A DNA stretch of 34,292 nt from NCBI GenBank assembly GCA_030741225.1, contig JASLVU010000002.1:1-34292 (forward strand), given 5' to 3'. This document shows, piece after piece, positions 24,133-33,533 of this stretch (the first letter of the stretch is position 1; every line of letters starts with the position of its first letter). The notes under the pieces are model-generated. The model saw only the letters and a list, made by a program, of their open reading frames with translations, did no database searches and was not told the origin of the DNA. This stretch comes from Candidatus Poseidoniaceae archaeon. GTDB lineage: Archaea > Thermoplasmatota > Poseidoniia > Poseidoniales > Poseidoniaceae. The position numbers and the translations under genes are program-made.

Positions 24133-27100
24133 CTATTCCTCTTGAGTTAATTCAACCAAGTCTTTCGGTCGAGGAGGCGGATGACCACTTCTGGCAAGTG
24201 CTTTGTCAACTTGGTCAACAGTGAAGAGATTCATCCTTTCTCTACGCCTTAAGATAGCAGCAATTAGTATCCCACCAGAGAGAAGAACAACAAGTCCAGC
24301 AAAACCGAGAGCGGTTGTAGACTGACTGCTCTTCTGTTCAAATTCCTGAACATCTGCAACCGGTACGGGTACATTGCCTGTATGGTTCACAATTCGAACG
24401 GTAAGCCCCAATCGGCCGGTTTGCCAGGCTTCAATATCCCATACGAAGTCAACCCAAGAACCGCTTTCGATAAAACTAGAATTTTGAGTGATGACCCTGC
24501 CCATGTTGTCATAACATTCCACAGTCATATTACCACCGAGTAAGCCTACATTTGAGACACGAACAAAGATCTCAACTTCTTCACCAACAGATGGGCGGTA
24601 TGGAGTTACCAAAATATTTTCAAATTGAGGCTCAAAAGCAACCCATTGAAAGTTTGGAGAGAAGGGTTCATCCTCCGTCCCGATGCCATTGAGACTTCTA
24701 CCAGACAAGTCTTCTCCCGAGAACCAAACTGAAATTTGGTCGTTTTTTACCAACACTGAGTCGTCAAATGGCTTCATGTTGACGTACGATGAAAACGTAG
24801 ATGTTGAACTTGTACGAGAAAGAAAGTGAACCGGGGCGGAACCCATTGAACCATCAACCACGTTTCCTGCTCGAGTAAAATGCCAATGCATCTTCACAGT
24901 TGAATGCTTAACTCCCACTTCATCACGAAGAAGAAGAGCAACTTCGATTTCTTCTAAATCGTTTGAATCAAGTTGAGAAAGAATACCTGGTGGAAGTGAG
25001 AGACGAGGTGAATCGTAATCAAAGACAATAGCATAAGTTTTGAAATCGGTAAAATTCGCTAGGCCAACGACTTTCAATTGCAGTGATGCTTGCTGAAATT
25101 GAAGAATTGTTGAATTCAAGTGTAATGAAAAATCAATTTGTCCTAACGATGAAAAGGTTGTATTCAAATGACTTGAACGCTCACCGTCTGAGATAAGCGC
25201 TTGCAAATAGACACTTTCAGGCAGATGTTCCGCGACAATTGTGGTATTGCGATGATAAACGGTTGTATGAACTGAAAGAGTATCGTCCTCGTGCACCCAT
25301 ATGTTCGTATCATTTACAGTTCCAACCGGTAAAGTTTGGTCGGTGATGTTCACATTACCCAGTTCAAGTTCACTCTTGAGTGTCCAATCGAAGGCTGACA
25401 TTCGAGAAAAGCCTAAACCGAGGTCTTGGCCTTCATCAAAAATTTTGAGAGAAGGAGTTCCTTCCAAAGTCGAACCAAAAAGGTCCCAGGAAATTCGAAA
25501 TTGTATTTTTACATTCCATTGTGAGAACAGTGGCTTCTTCTCAATGATAATCAATGGCTTGTCTCCAAAGCATTGATTATCGTATGATAGCTGATTTAAC
25601 CGAGGTTTGTAGTTCAAAGCACATTGTTCAGATTCATCACGAGTGAGTAAGGACAGTTCAATCGCATCAAAGGAATCAATGCCATTGCCATCGGTTACGT
25701 CAAATGAAAAGGTATGTTGAAAACCCGGAAGAAGATGCGATTGGAACAAATCAAAAGAAAGCGTCTCTGTGTTGATACTGGCATCCATGCGTTCCTGGAC
25801 CTCAAATGTGGCTAAATCCAATTCCTCACCGAAATCGCCACCCCCAAGAAGTGTATTTCCTGCCATGTCAAAGCCTTTGATGACTATACTTGCCTTGCCT
25901 GAACTTGATTGAGGTGAGCGGATTTGCTGCCATGGAAGGAGTGGGAGGTCGATTTCTACGAGGTTAAGACCCACATTGAACGTCACTGTCTGAACTCTGT
26001 ATTCCTCCGCCTCCATAATGCCATTTTGATTGGAATCATCGTTTGATTCCAACCACGAATACAATTCAACAGAATCTGATAGGCCTTCTGGATCTTGAAG
26101 AGTTAATCGTAATGCGACATCTTGTTGTGCAGTCCAAATATGGCCGTCAGCTGCGACATATTGTCCCGAATCAAGGACCTCGACTTTCGCAGTATTTGGC
26201 TTGATTTTATCAAACAAATAGGGTACATTCTGTGAAGGGCTTGTACGATCCATGCTCGTTGTCGAGTCCTCAGAAAGTGGCCCTGAACGATGCAGATGGG
26301 GTGAAAGAACAATTCGTGTATTACTGGGCAAGTCGTCGTTCATGCTTGGAGTATGAAGAGCGATAGAGAAGAAACCATTCGAATCAAGATTTCCATACCA
26401 AGATGTACTCCAATTAACAGCAACTGAAGGCCATTCATTCGGACCACCAGATTCGTTTATCGGCGGTGATGCGGTCGCATCGATTCGTACTTCAGCATCT
26501 CCTTGATTTGCAAAGGCACCTACAATTCCTTCAAACCGTACTTGCCCAGTAGCCATTAAACTTTGATTGGCCTTAAGATGAAACGGCCACTGAGGGTTTG
26601 ACCAATCTGCTAAATTACGATTGGTCATATCTATGACATTGAAATCAATAATCTCAAGGTCATTTTCAATTTCGTTAAACGAGGTCTGTCGATAGAATAC
26701 TGCAGGTCCTGTAGAGAACCCTTCAACATCAGTGGCCTTTGCAAGAATGTAGACATCATCGACATCATCCATAAGCCACCGACTTGTAAATGACCAATTC
26801 ACCGAACAAGTATTTTTTGTGCAATGAACGGCCGACTGTGCCACATTTAGCGAGGCTAAACCAGCCCCAGATAGTTGTCGGAAACTTGGATTTGAATCGA
26901 GGTCGAATGCTTCCACCTCGACGAAACGACCGAGTTCGGTTGGGTTTGAGGAGAGCATGAATCTCACCGAAGAAATATCCGGGGCATCGAATTCCAAGCT
27001 GTGGGCATCCCCTCGCCAATGCTGTGTCTCAAATGAAACTGTTTGTTTTGGTAGCCATCTGTCATAATTTGGTTCAAGAATGTGGTCTACCATCTTGGTT

Positions 27101-30100
27101 TGCATAGAATATGTGAGATTAACCATAAGTGATCCTGTTTCTGTCATAATTGTCAACGGCAACTGCACAGTATCGGCCACCACTGAATCTGTTGCATTAT
27201 CAAGAATCGAATTGAGCAATTGGTGAGAAAGTGATGAAGACAGAAGTTGTTGATAGGGAACAAATTGCAATTCCGATAATTTTGCCGAGAAATTTCCGTT
27301 AAGTTGGATTTGAATGGTGCATATGTCCAAATGCTGTGTTAATTGTACTTGATTTGAACATGTTCCAGAGGCATGAATTCTATGAAATTGTGGGAATGTC
27401 GTGGCCTCGAAATTCGTCGTTTGCGAGGATGAAAGAGGACGGAATGATGCACCGTTTCCATCGGTTGTGGCTTCAATGAGGAAACTTACATCATAACCAG
27501 AGTTTCCCGAACCAATTGCTCTGTTTCGTGCCATTAAAATTGATAAATTTGCGATACTGTATCCTGTGCTATGAACAAACGTGAGGTTATGAAGACCGGA
27601 TTGGAAACTCGAATTTGCCAACTCAAAACCGTAGAAATGCTGATTGAAACCAAAGTCATTACTCGCACTTGATTGAGGCCAAGAAAACAGAGTTGTTGGA
27701 GATACACCAATCTTTACATCCGCCTCCTTAGGAGCGGTAGAACACATTGGTTCAAACATAAATCCCTGCAGTGACTGCCCAGGTGCCCAAGTCAGCGAAA
27801 AATCTGTCGACATTTGAGGACGTCCTTGGCGTTCAATGGTTTGTGCTAATGTGGGGTTGATGGACTGGTCCCAACGTGTAGCAATAACCGTGTATTGATT
27901 ATGTGATGCGGTGAGGTTGCCACCAATTAATTGAAATTCTGCTATATTGAATGGGCAGAATGGAATGGTTGGCCACGAGATGGAAGTATAACTACTCGAA
28001 GATTGGGATTGTAAAGCAAAATCACTGTTCACATTCAACAGATTGAGGTTTGTACTGGTAAAGGAGTGAGGATATTTTAGATGATACGCATTCAAGTAAG
28101 TAGAGGCTCCAATCGATAATTTCTCGATATTTGGGGTAATGAGTCGATCAAGACTTGACATACGGACTTTCACCTTAATCGAGGGATAACGGTCAACATC
28201 GAGAGGTAAATCAATGGGCAGAGTACGGTTTTGAAAACCTGGTATGGGTATGTCATTGTCATCAAGAATATCGAAACGTACAGTCGTATTCTCTGGCTCT
28301 TGGACAAACCCGTCAAGTTGACCCCATCCAAAAGAAGGGTCTGGAACAAGTAATTCAGAAATCCATGAACCTTCAGGTTCATAGACATCAATCTCAATAC
28401 CAGCATCATCGATGTACCAACCATCCAATTCGATAAGTTGGTCTGAGAAAAAGGTAAATTTAGCGCGAACTGACTGACCTGTAAGATTGGATAAATCGTA
28501 TTGTTTGAGGTCAAAGCCGCGTTGCACATTGTGACATCCACCCACAACACGCGAACCATCAAAAATTCCTTGATTGAACAAAGGGGAATTGACATTTGTT
28601 GTCGAAATTTGGTCATGGAAACTCCCCAGTGTTGGAGGAATAAACCACCAATTATCTCCCCCATCTGTCGATATTGAAACTGCACCTCCATCCCAATTCG
28701 CTTCAGTACAAACCCAGCTTCGGAAGGTTAAGCGCGATGTTGAATTATCCGGAATGAAATACTCTGGAGTGTAAAGCTCTGTCCACATATTGTTTCGATA
28801 TTCATCATTCAGGTAAATTCCAGCACCATTGACGCCTGAATGCCACACGCCCGGCCCGAAGCCTGAACTGTTACTGGTCGAGCCAATATCCCAACTCCGA
28901 CTCGATTGAGCCCACAGGGACCATCCAGCAGGAAGTTGATTTCCTGAATCAAAATTATACGATGTGGTTGAAGCAGTGTTATGACCAAAAGAAGTCAGCC
29001 ACTGCCATTCGTTCGCACCTGAGGTCGATACGAGCCATCCATCAACTGAACCGTTAATACCCGATGGTTGTTGGGTGAAATTTTTCACTCGCTTGTAGAC
29101 TTGAGATGCCGTACCACGATCAGTCCAAACAGCAATGTCATCAATGGCGATTCCTTCCCAACCAGAAGATGCCATTCCACCATAATTTACCTGAGCGTCT
29201 GTTTCAACAACTATTCGCAAAAAAATCGTGCTGGCGTTAAGAGGGGCTGTTGTTGTCCAAGGTAATGAATAATAAATTGGGCACCACTGATTTTGAGAAT
29301 CGGCGCCATTGAACCATTGCCCGTTGCATACAGCACCACGATTTGGATGGCCAGGATAAATCGAGATTGGAAAAAAGCTGTAACCATTATCAAGTGAAAT
29401 TTCTGTGACGAGATAATCGCTTGCACCCCCTTGAATATCCCAATTTACCCACAATTCAAGTTCAACATTCTGTCCGGTCATGTTTGAAAGATTAACCGGA
29501 AGTATCAGTTCTCCGAAAGCATTTGGCAGGTAATCGCCCGTCATGTTACCGTGAAACCATGCTCCATGAGGGTCTCCTTCATTGCGAATCTCAAAATTAT
29601 CGACAAACCAGCCTCCACGCAAACCTTGTGTTGAACTCGTATGGAAACACAATCGAAATTGCACGGTTGATTGGAATTGAGTAACGAGTGAGTCAAGTTG
29701 GAAATGAGCAGTACTCCAATTCGAAACTTCTCCATTCCAAACAGAAGGTGGAGTGTTGTTGAGCGATGCGGATGAAGGATATCCAGATGATGGAGAAAGT
29801 AAACCCCAACTCCCATTGGTATGACGGATGTCAATCCAAGCAGCATCATCAGCAAGTAAAGCGGTCCAATGTTCGAACGTTAGTGTGTAATTGTTGATGA
29901 GAAAAGGAGTATCTACGACTGGTGATTGAAGGCATCCTTCCATGTTTGGACCAATATCGCCAAATGCTTGAGTTGACAAAAATCCGACAGAGTTAGAACC
30001 GTTATCGGGCACAAGCATGCCTGAATTTGTGTTTACAGGAACAATACTTGGTCGCTGGATTGACCACACCTCATGGTCCAGCCCAGAACCCAACCACCTC

Positions 30101-30543
30101 GGTGCTGAAGTAACTGTCGATTCAAAATCAGTGATGGTTCCGAGTGAGGAATTGGTCGCCAATGTCAATCGACCTCCATGACCGATGCCATTGGAAGAGA
30201 TATGAGTCCCATTCCATTGGTTGGAAGTACCAATCCCAAAGTGCGTTCCGTTTGATGAAGAGGTATTCCATATTGGCTCTACCTCAATTGTGCCATCCAA
30301 GAAAGTCTTGTTCGTTGGCACTTGAATCAAAGTAGGTAGCGTTGAATTGATGCTGGTTTGATTCGGCCCAGGATGAAACATTTTCTCGCCCGTAATCTCG
30401 AGTTGAGGTTCGGGCAAGAGTGATTCCGAAAAGGAGGTATCGGAGGCAGTCGTTATTGTACTGCAGAGCATCAACATCACAAGGAAAATTGCCGTGAAGG
30501 AGGAGGAGGAAGAACGAGAAATCCGATGCTTTTCAACAGACAC
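24133..30543 (-). CDS. Giant (2136 aa) type-I membrane-anchored surface protein, probably N-glycosylated
   Basis: GTG start. The signal peptide is ...FTAIFLVMLMLCSTITTASD. The first 720 aa or so contain three beta-sandwich modules ending in MAM-domain-like motifs (GGWFVDNFEI, GWEGIAIDDIAVW, DGWYIDDAGIEI), each preceded by L.F..W....D....I..S.DGG..W-type strands. There are many N-x-S/T sequons. A CARDB-like module (EEVEIFVRVSNVGLLGGNMTVECYD...) precedes the C-terminal TM helix FAGLVVLLSGGILIAAIL followed by RRRER. Confidence 0.85.
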   Translation of the reverse strand: MSVEKHRISRSSSSSFTAIFLVMLMLCSTITTASDTSFSESLLPEPQLEITGEKMFHPGPNQTSINSTLPTLIQVPTNKTFLDGTIEVEPIWNTSSSNGTHFGIGTSNQWNGTHISSNGIGHGGRLTLATNSSLGTITDFESTVTSAPRWLGSGLDHEVWSIQRPSIVPVNTNSGMLVPDNGSNSVGFLSTQAFGDIGPNMEGCLQSPVVDTPFLINNYTLTFEHWTALLADDAAWIDIRHTNGSWGLLSPSSGYPSSASLNNTPPSVWNGEVSNWSTAHFQLDSLVTQFQSTVQFRLCFHTSSTQGLRGGWFVDNFEIRNEGDPHGAWFHGNMTGDYLPNAFGELILPVNLSNMTGQNVELELWVNWDIQGGASDYLVTEISLDNGYSFFPISIYPGHPNRGAVCNGQWFNGADSQNQWCPIYYSLPWTTTAPLNASTIFLRIVVETDAQVNYGGMASSGWEGIAIDDIAVWTDRGTASQVYKRVKNFTQQPSGINGSVDGWLVSTSGANEWQWLTSFGHNTASTTSYNFDSGNQLPAGWSLWAQSSRSWDIGSTSNSSGFGPGVWHSGVNGAGIYLNDEYRNNMWTELYTPEYFIPDNSTSRLTFRSWVCTEANWDGGAVSISTDGGDNWWFIPPTLGSFHDQISTTNVNSPLFNQGIFDGSRVVGGCHNVQRGFDLKQYDLSNLTGQSVRAKFTFFSDQLIELDGWYIDDAGIEIDVYEPEGSWISELLVPDPSFGWGQLDGFVQEPENTTVRFDILDDNDIPIPGFQNRTLPIDLPLDVDRYPSIKVKVRMSSLDRLITPNIEKLSIGASTYLNAYHLKYPHSFTSTNLNLLNVNSDFALQSQSSSSYTSISWPTIPFCPFNIAEFQLIGGNLTASHNQYTVIATRWDQSINPTLAQTIERQGRPQMSTDFSLTWAPGQSLQGFMFEPMCSTAPKEADVKIGVSPTTLFSWPQSSASNDFGFNQHFYGFELANSSFQSGLHNLTFVHSTGYSIANLSILMARNRAIGSGNSGYDVSFLIEATTDGNGASFRPLSSSQTTNFEATTFPQFHRIHASGTCSNQVQLTQHLDICTIQIQLNGNFSAKLSELQFVPYQQLLSSSLSHQLLNSILDNATDSVVADTVQLPLTIMTETGSLMVNLTYSMQTKMVDHILEPNYDRWLPKQTVSFETQHWRGDAHSLEFDAPDISSVRFMLSSNPTELGRFVEVEAFDLDSNPSFRQLSGAGLASLNVAQSAVHCTKNTCSVNWSFTSRWLMDDVDDVYILAKATDVEGFSTGPAVFYRQTSFNEIENDLEIIDFNVIDMTNRNLADWSNPQWPFHLKANQSLMATGQVRFEGIVGAFANQGDAEVRIDATASPPINESGGPNEWPSVAVNWSTSWYGNLDSNGFFSIALHTPSMNDDLPSNTRIVLSPHLHRSGPLSEDSTTSMDRTSPSQNVPYLFDKIKPNTAKVEVLDSGQYVAADGHIWTAQQDVALRLTLQDPEGLSDSVELYSWLESNDDSNQNGIMEAEEYRVQTVTFNVGLNLVEIDLPLLPWQQIRSPQSSSGKASIVIKGFDMAGNTLLGGGDFGEELDLATFEVQERMDASINTETLSFDLFQSHLLPGFQHTFSFDVTDGNGIDSFDAIELSLLTRDESEQCALNYKPRLNQLSYDNQCFGDKPLIIIEKKPLFSQWNVKIQFRISWDLFGSTLEGTPSLKIFDEGQDLGLGFSRMSAFDWTLKSELELGNVNITDQTLPVGTVNDTNIWVHEDDTLSVHTTVYHRNTTIVAEHLPESVYLQALISDGERSSHLNTTFSSLGQIDFSLHLNSTILQFQQASLQLKVVGLANFTDFKTYAIVFDYDSPRLSLPPGILSQLDSNDLEEIEVALLLRDEVGVKHSTVKMHWHFTRAGNVVDGSMGSAPVHFLSRTSSTSTFSSYVNMKPFDDSVLVKNDQISVWFSGEDLSGRSLNGIGTEDEPFSPNFQWVAFEPQFENILVTPYRPSVGEEVEIFVRVSNVGLLGGNMTVECYDNMGRVITQNSSFIESGSWVDFVWDIEAWQTGRLGLTVRIVNHTGNVPVPVADVQEFEQKSSQSTTALGFAGLVVLLSGGILIAAILRRRERMNLFTVDQVDKALARSGHPPPRPKDLVELTQEE

Positions 30544-30550
30544 TCATACA

Positions 30551-30569
30551 CACCTCGCTTCGCGAGGTG
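30551..30569 (-). promoter_or_regulatory. Perfect 8-bp GC-rich hairpin in the leader of the giant gene that contains its Shine-Dalgarno sequence
   Basis: The minus strand reads CACCTCGC-GAA-GCGAGGTG-TGTATGA-GTG(start). GAGGTG is the only SD-like element, lies 7 nt from the start, and forms the 3' arm of the stem. Confidence 0.45.
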
Positions 30570-30653
30570 AGTCATCAAATATGAAAGAGTGTACTCTATG
30601 TTCGACAAATCTTCAATGAAGGGTTCAAAGTGTGTCGGCCATACGGTGGAACG

Positions 30654-31679
30654 ATGTCGAACCTCGGCGACCTTGATAGTGCACAGTCACGCGAGGTCGA
30701 AGAACAGTTGTTTGCAACCCATCGCCTCCAAGCAAACAGGCATGTCCCAGTTCCACTACCGCGTCAAGATTTCTGGAATATGGTTCACCAACTCTTGAAG
30801 ACGCTCGATTTAGAAATACAAACCATGATGCAGAAAGGTATGACTGGAATGAGGTTGCAAAATTTGCAAAAAAGACAGGCGAACATTCGATTGATTGCGT
30901 CGGAACTTGCACGTAAACGGCTTGTTGCAATGATGCAACACGTTTCATCACAATCGCTTCGAACCTCTGCTCAATCCGGCATGAGTCAAGATTTACCGGC
31001 ATTAGACTGGCAAAGACATGACCCCGCTGAGAAGGCAATTTATCATATGATGCAAGTCCAAATCGATCGATTCAAAATGGAAGTCGATTGGAGTTCAATG
31101 CAGAATGGAATCGCCGGTGAGGTAAGTGTTCAACAACCTCTACACGCACCTGGAACGATGCAACTCGATTCATTTGTGAACTCAAATATCACAGGTAATG
31201 CACCGCCAGACTTGGCGTTTGAAGACGATGAACCAACAGCAGAGCCACTCGAATTTGCTGGAGATGAAGAAGACCGCCTTGTCCATGAAGAATGGCCGGA
31301 TTTAGACGAGTATATTCACGCAGACTTGGAGGACTCATCTCCTCCAAAAACACAAACCTCTGCCCATACAGGCAAAGAAAAAGAATCGTCAAAAAAACAT
31401 GCTGCTGCTCTTGAACTTGCGCCATCAAAAAAGCCTCAATCTCAAATTGAATCTTTCGAATTGGAACCTCAACCAAGTGGTGCTGAAGATTTGGTTGAAA
31501 CCACTGTTGAAGTCACAGATGATTTGCATCGAATTCGTGTTCTTGTCTCAAGCCCCGAGCCTGTTGCTACGAAAAGCGGGGAGGAATTGATGCTTGAAGA
31601 AGGCGACATTCAATTTGTCGATGGGGACACTGCCGAGTGGCTTATTGATTCAGGGGTCGCAGAATCAGCAAAACTTTGA
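30654..31679 (+). CDS. GINS-like replication protein (Gins51-type A-domain ... B-domain order) with a long acidic linker
   Basis: The N-terminal helical region (LPRQDFWNMVHQLL...LQNLQKRQANIRLIASELARKRLVAMMQH) resembles the GINS A domain. The C-terminal IRVLVSSPEPVATKSGEELMLEEGDIQFVDGDTAEWLIDSGVAE resembles the small GINS B domain. About 150 acidic, low-complexity residues separate them. The call is tentative. The ATG at 30654 is preferred over the GTG at 30630. Confidence 0.5.
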   Translation: MSNLGDLDSAQSREVEEQLFATHRLQANRHVPVPLPRQDFWNMVHQLLKTLDLEIQTMMQKGMTGMRLQNLQKRQANIRLIASELARKRLVAMMQHVSSQSLRTSAQSGMSQDLPALDWQRHDPAEKAIYHMMQVQIDRFKMEVDWSSMQNGIAGEVSVQQPLHAPGTMQLDSFVNSNITGNAPPDLAFEDDEPTAEPLEFAGDEEDRLVHEEWPDLDEYIHADLEDSSPPKTQTSAHTGKEKESSKKHAAALELAPSKKPQSQIESFELEPQPSGAEDLVETTVEVTDDLHRIRVLVSSPEPVATKSGEELMLEEGDIQFVDGDTAEWLIDSGVAESAKL

Positions 31680-31696
31680 GCAAAAGACACAAATCA

Positions 31697-31717
31697 TCGA
31701 CTTGTGATTCAAGTCGA
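31697..31717. terminator. Hairpin between convergent genes (GINS-like / rps10)
   Basis: TCGACTT-GTGATTC-AAGTCGA, a 7-bp perfect stem in the 47-nt convergent spacer. Confidence 0.3.
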
Positions 31718-31726
31718 GATTACCTA

Positions 31727-32056
31727 TCAGTTCACTGAACGCATCGAAAGTTCAATACTTACAGTGTCTGGAATAGGAATTCGAGTGACCTGTCGTAGAG
31801 CAGATTCACCTTTTCCGGAAGTGATGTCCATTTCAAGCAGACGCTTGTGGACACGTAGCTCCCAGTGGTCATAGGTTTCAACGCCTTCTCCATCAGGTGA
31901 CTTACGAACTGGCACAACAATGTGTCGGGTTGGAAGAGGGATCGGCCCTCGAAGGGAGATTCCGCCGTTATCACAAATCGTTTTGATTTGACCAGCAACA
32001 TTATCGATATCTCGGTGGTTTTGACCAGTGAGTTTGATGATTGTGACTGCTGCCAT
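31727..32056 (-). CDS. rps10: 30S ribosomal protein S10
   Basis: IKLTGQNHRDIDNVAGQI...LRGPIPLPTRHIVVPVRKSPDGEGVETYDHWELRVHKRLLEM. The ATG at 32056 (GGAAGGA upstream) gives the usual size; the ORF is open to 32077. Confidence 0.92.
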   Translation of the reverse strand: MAAVTIIKLTGQNHRDIDNVAGQIKTICDNGGISLRGPIPLPTRHIVVPVRKSPDGEGVETYDHWELRVHKRLLEMDITSGKGESALRQVTRIPIPDTVSIELSMRSVN

Positions 32057-32095
32057 ACTGATTCCTTCCGATTCCAAATGATTCTAGAGTGAAGT

Positions 32096-33385
32096 TCACT
32101 TCTTGTCAATCTTCAAACAAACACCAGCTGCGACGGTCTTACCCATGTCACGGATAGCGAAACGAGAGAGTTCAGGGAATGTATCCATCTGCTCAATCGC
32201 CATTGGCTTGTTTGGTTGGAAACGGATAAGACATGCGTCACCGGTCTTAAGGAAAGACGGGTTTGCTTCTTTACCGGACCTGTTGGTCTTCTCAAGAAGT
32301 TCGAGGAATCGAACTGCAACTTGAGCGGTGTGTGCGTGGAAAACAGGAGTGTATCCAACGGAAACAGCCTTTGGAATGTCCATCAACTGAATCTGTCCAA
32401 CGAATGTTTCGTCGTGTCGAACAAACATAGGCTCGTTGTCAGCGTAACCAGCAACGTCACCACGTCGAATATCGACTTGAGCAAGTCCACGAACGTTGAA
32501 ACCAACGTTGTCCCCTGGCTCTGCCTTAGGGACCATTGTGTGGTGCATCTCAATCGACTTGACTTCAGCGGACTTCTGTGAGGGGTTGAAGACAACGGTC
32601 TTACCGACGTTCAAAGTACCTGTTTCAATCTTGCCGACTGGAACTGTACCAATACCAGAAATCTTGTAGACATCTTGAATTGGCAAGCGAAGTGGCTTGT
32701 CAATTGGCTTGTCAGGCATGGTGATCTTATCAATTGCTTCGAAAAGTGTAGGTCCGTTGTACCATGGGCAATTGTCGGACTTGGTGAACACATTGTCACC
32801 GTTCAATGATGAAGCAGGAATCATTGGAATATCATCAGGCTTGAATCCAGCCATCTTGAGGAGAGCACCAACTTCTGAGCAAGCAGCTTTGTACTTGTCT
32901 TCAGACCAGTCAACACCGGAAATGTCCATTTTGTTGACGTGAACAATAAGTTGCTTAACACCAAGTACCTTTGCAAGGAAAGCGTGTTCCTTGGTTTGGG
33001 CGTTGACACCGTCGTTAGCAGCACAAAGAAGTACTGCAGCGTCAGCTTGCGAAGCACCGGTAATCATGTTCTTGACGAAATCTCGGTGACCTGGGGCATC
33101 GATAACAGTCCAGTAATAATTTGGAGTGAAGAACTCTTTGTGAGCAACGTCAATGGTAATACCACGTTCACGCTCTTCCTTGAGTCCGTCCATGACGTAT
33201 GCAAGTCCGAATCCAGCCTTACCGGATTCAGCAGCGAGTTTTTCGTTCTTTTCAATAACGTGACCTTCAATGTGACCGGAGTCCAGTAGTAGACGTCCGA
33301 CAGTTGTTGACTTTCCGTGATCGACGTGTCCGATGAACACAATATTTAGGTGAGGCTTGCTCTTATCTTCCCATTGACTTCCCAT
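32096..33385 (-). CDS. tuf: Translation elongation factor EF-1 alpha
   Basis: IGHVDHGKSTTVGRLL, DAPGHRDF and NKMD. The 429-aa length fits, and AAGGAG precedes the start. Confidence 0.95.
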   Translation of the reverse strand: MGSQWEDKSKPHLNIVFIGHVDHGKSTTVGRLLLDSGHIEGHVIEKNEKLAAESGKAGFGLAYVMDGLKEERERGITIDVAHKEFFTPNYYWTVIDAPGHRDFVKNMITGASQADAAVLLCAANDGVNAQTKEHAFLAKVLGVKQLIVHVNKMDISGVDWSEDKYKAACSEVGALLKMAGFKPDDIPMIPASSLNGDNVFTKSDNCPWYNGPTLFEAIDKITMPDKPIDKPLRLPIQDVYKISGIGTVPVGKIETGTLNVGKTVVFNPSQKSAEVKSIEMHHTMVPKAEPGDNVGFNVRGLAQVDIRRGDVAGYADNEPMFVRHDETFVGQIQLMDIPKAVSVGYTPVFHAHTAQVAVRFLELLEKTNRSGKEANPSFLKTGDACLIRFQPNKPMAIEQMDTFPELSRFAIRDMGKTVAAGVCLKIDKK

Positions 33386-33423
33386 GGTAATTACTCCTTA
33401 GCATCCCATCCGAACCACCACCC

Positions 33424-33433
33424 CTATTTGAAA
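33424..33433 (-). promoter_or_regulatory. TATA-box-like element upstream of tuf
   Basis: The minus strand reads TTTCAAATAG about 40-48 nt upstream of the ATG at 33385. The SD AAGGAG (plus strand 33394-33399) lies between them. Confidence 0.35.
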
Positions 33434-33533
33434 AGCGCGACGCGGCATTGGATGCCTCATTACCAAAGAATGTCACTCAGCAATGCGTTTTTTTCGTCTG
33501 CGAGAGTATTTTTAGCAAAGTTGCGTAAATCAA

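Noticed and set aside
24019-30650. tRNA-Leu as the attachment site of an integrated element carrying the giant gene.
   Set aside because: There is no integrase, recombinase or other mobile-element gene. By eye I found no direct repeat of the tRNA 3' half at the far end of the giant gene (30544-30650). The island idea is kept only as a population-variability hypothesis.
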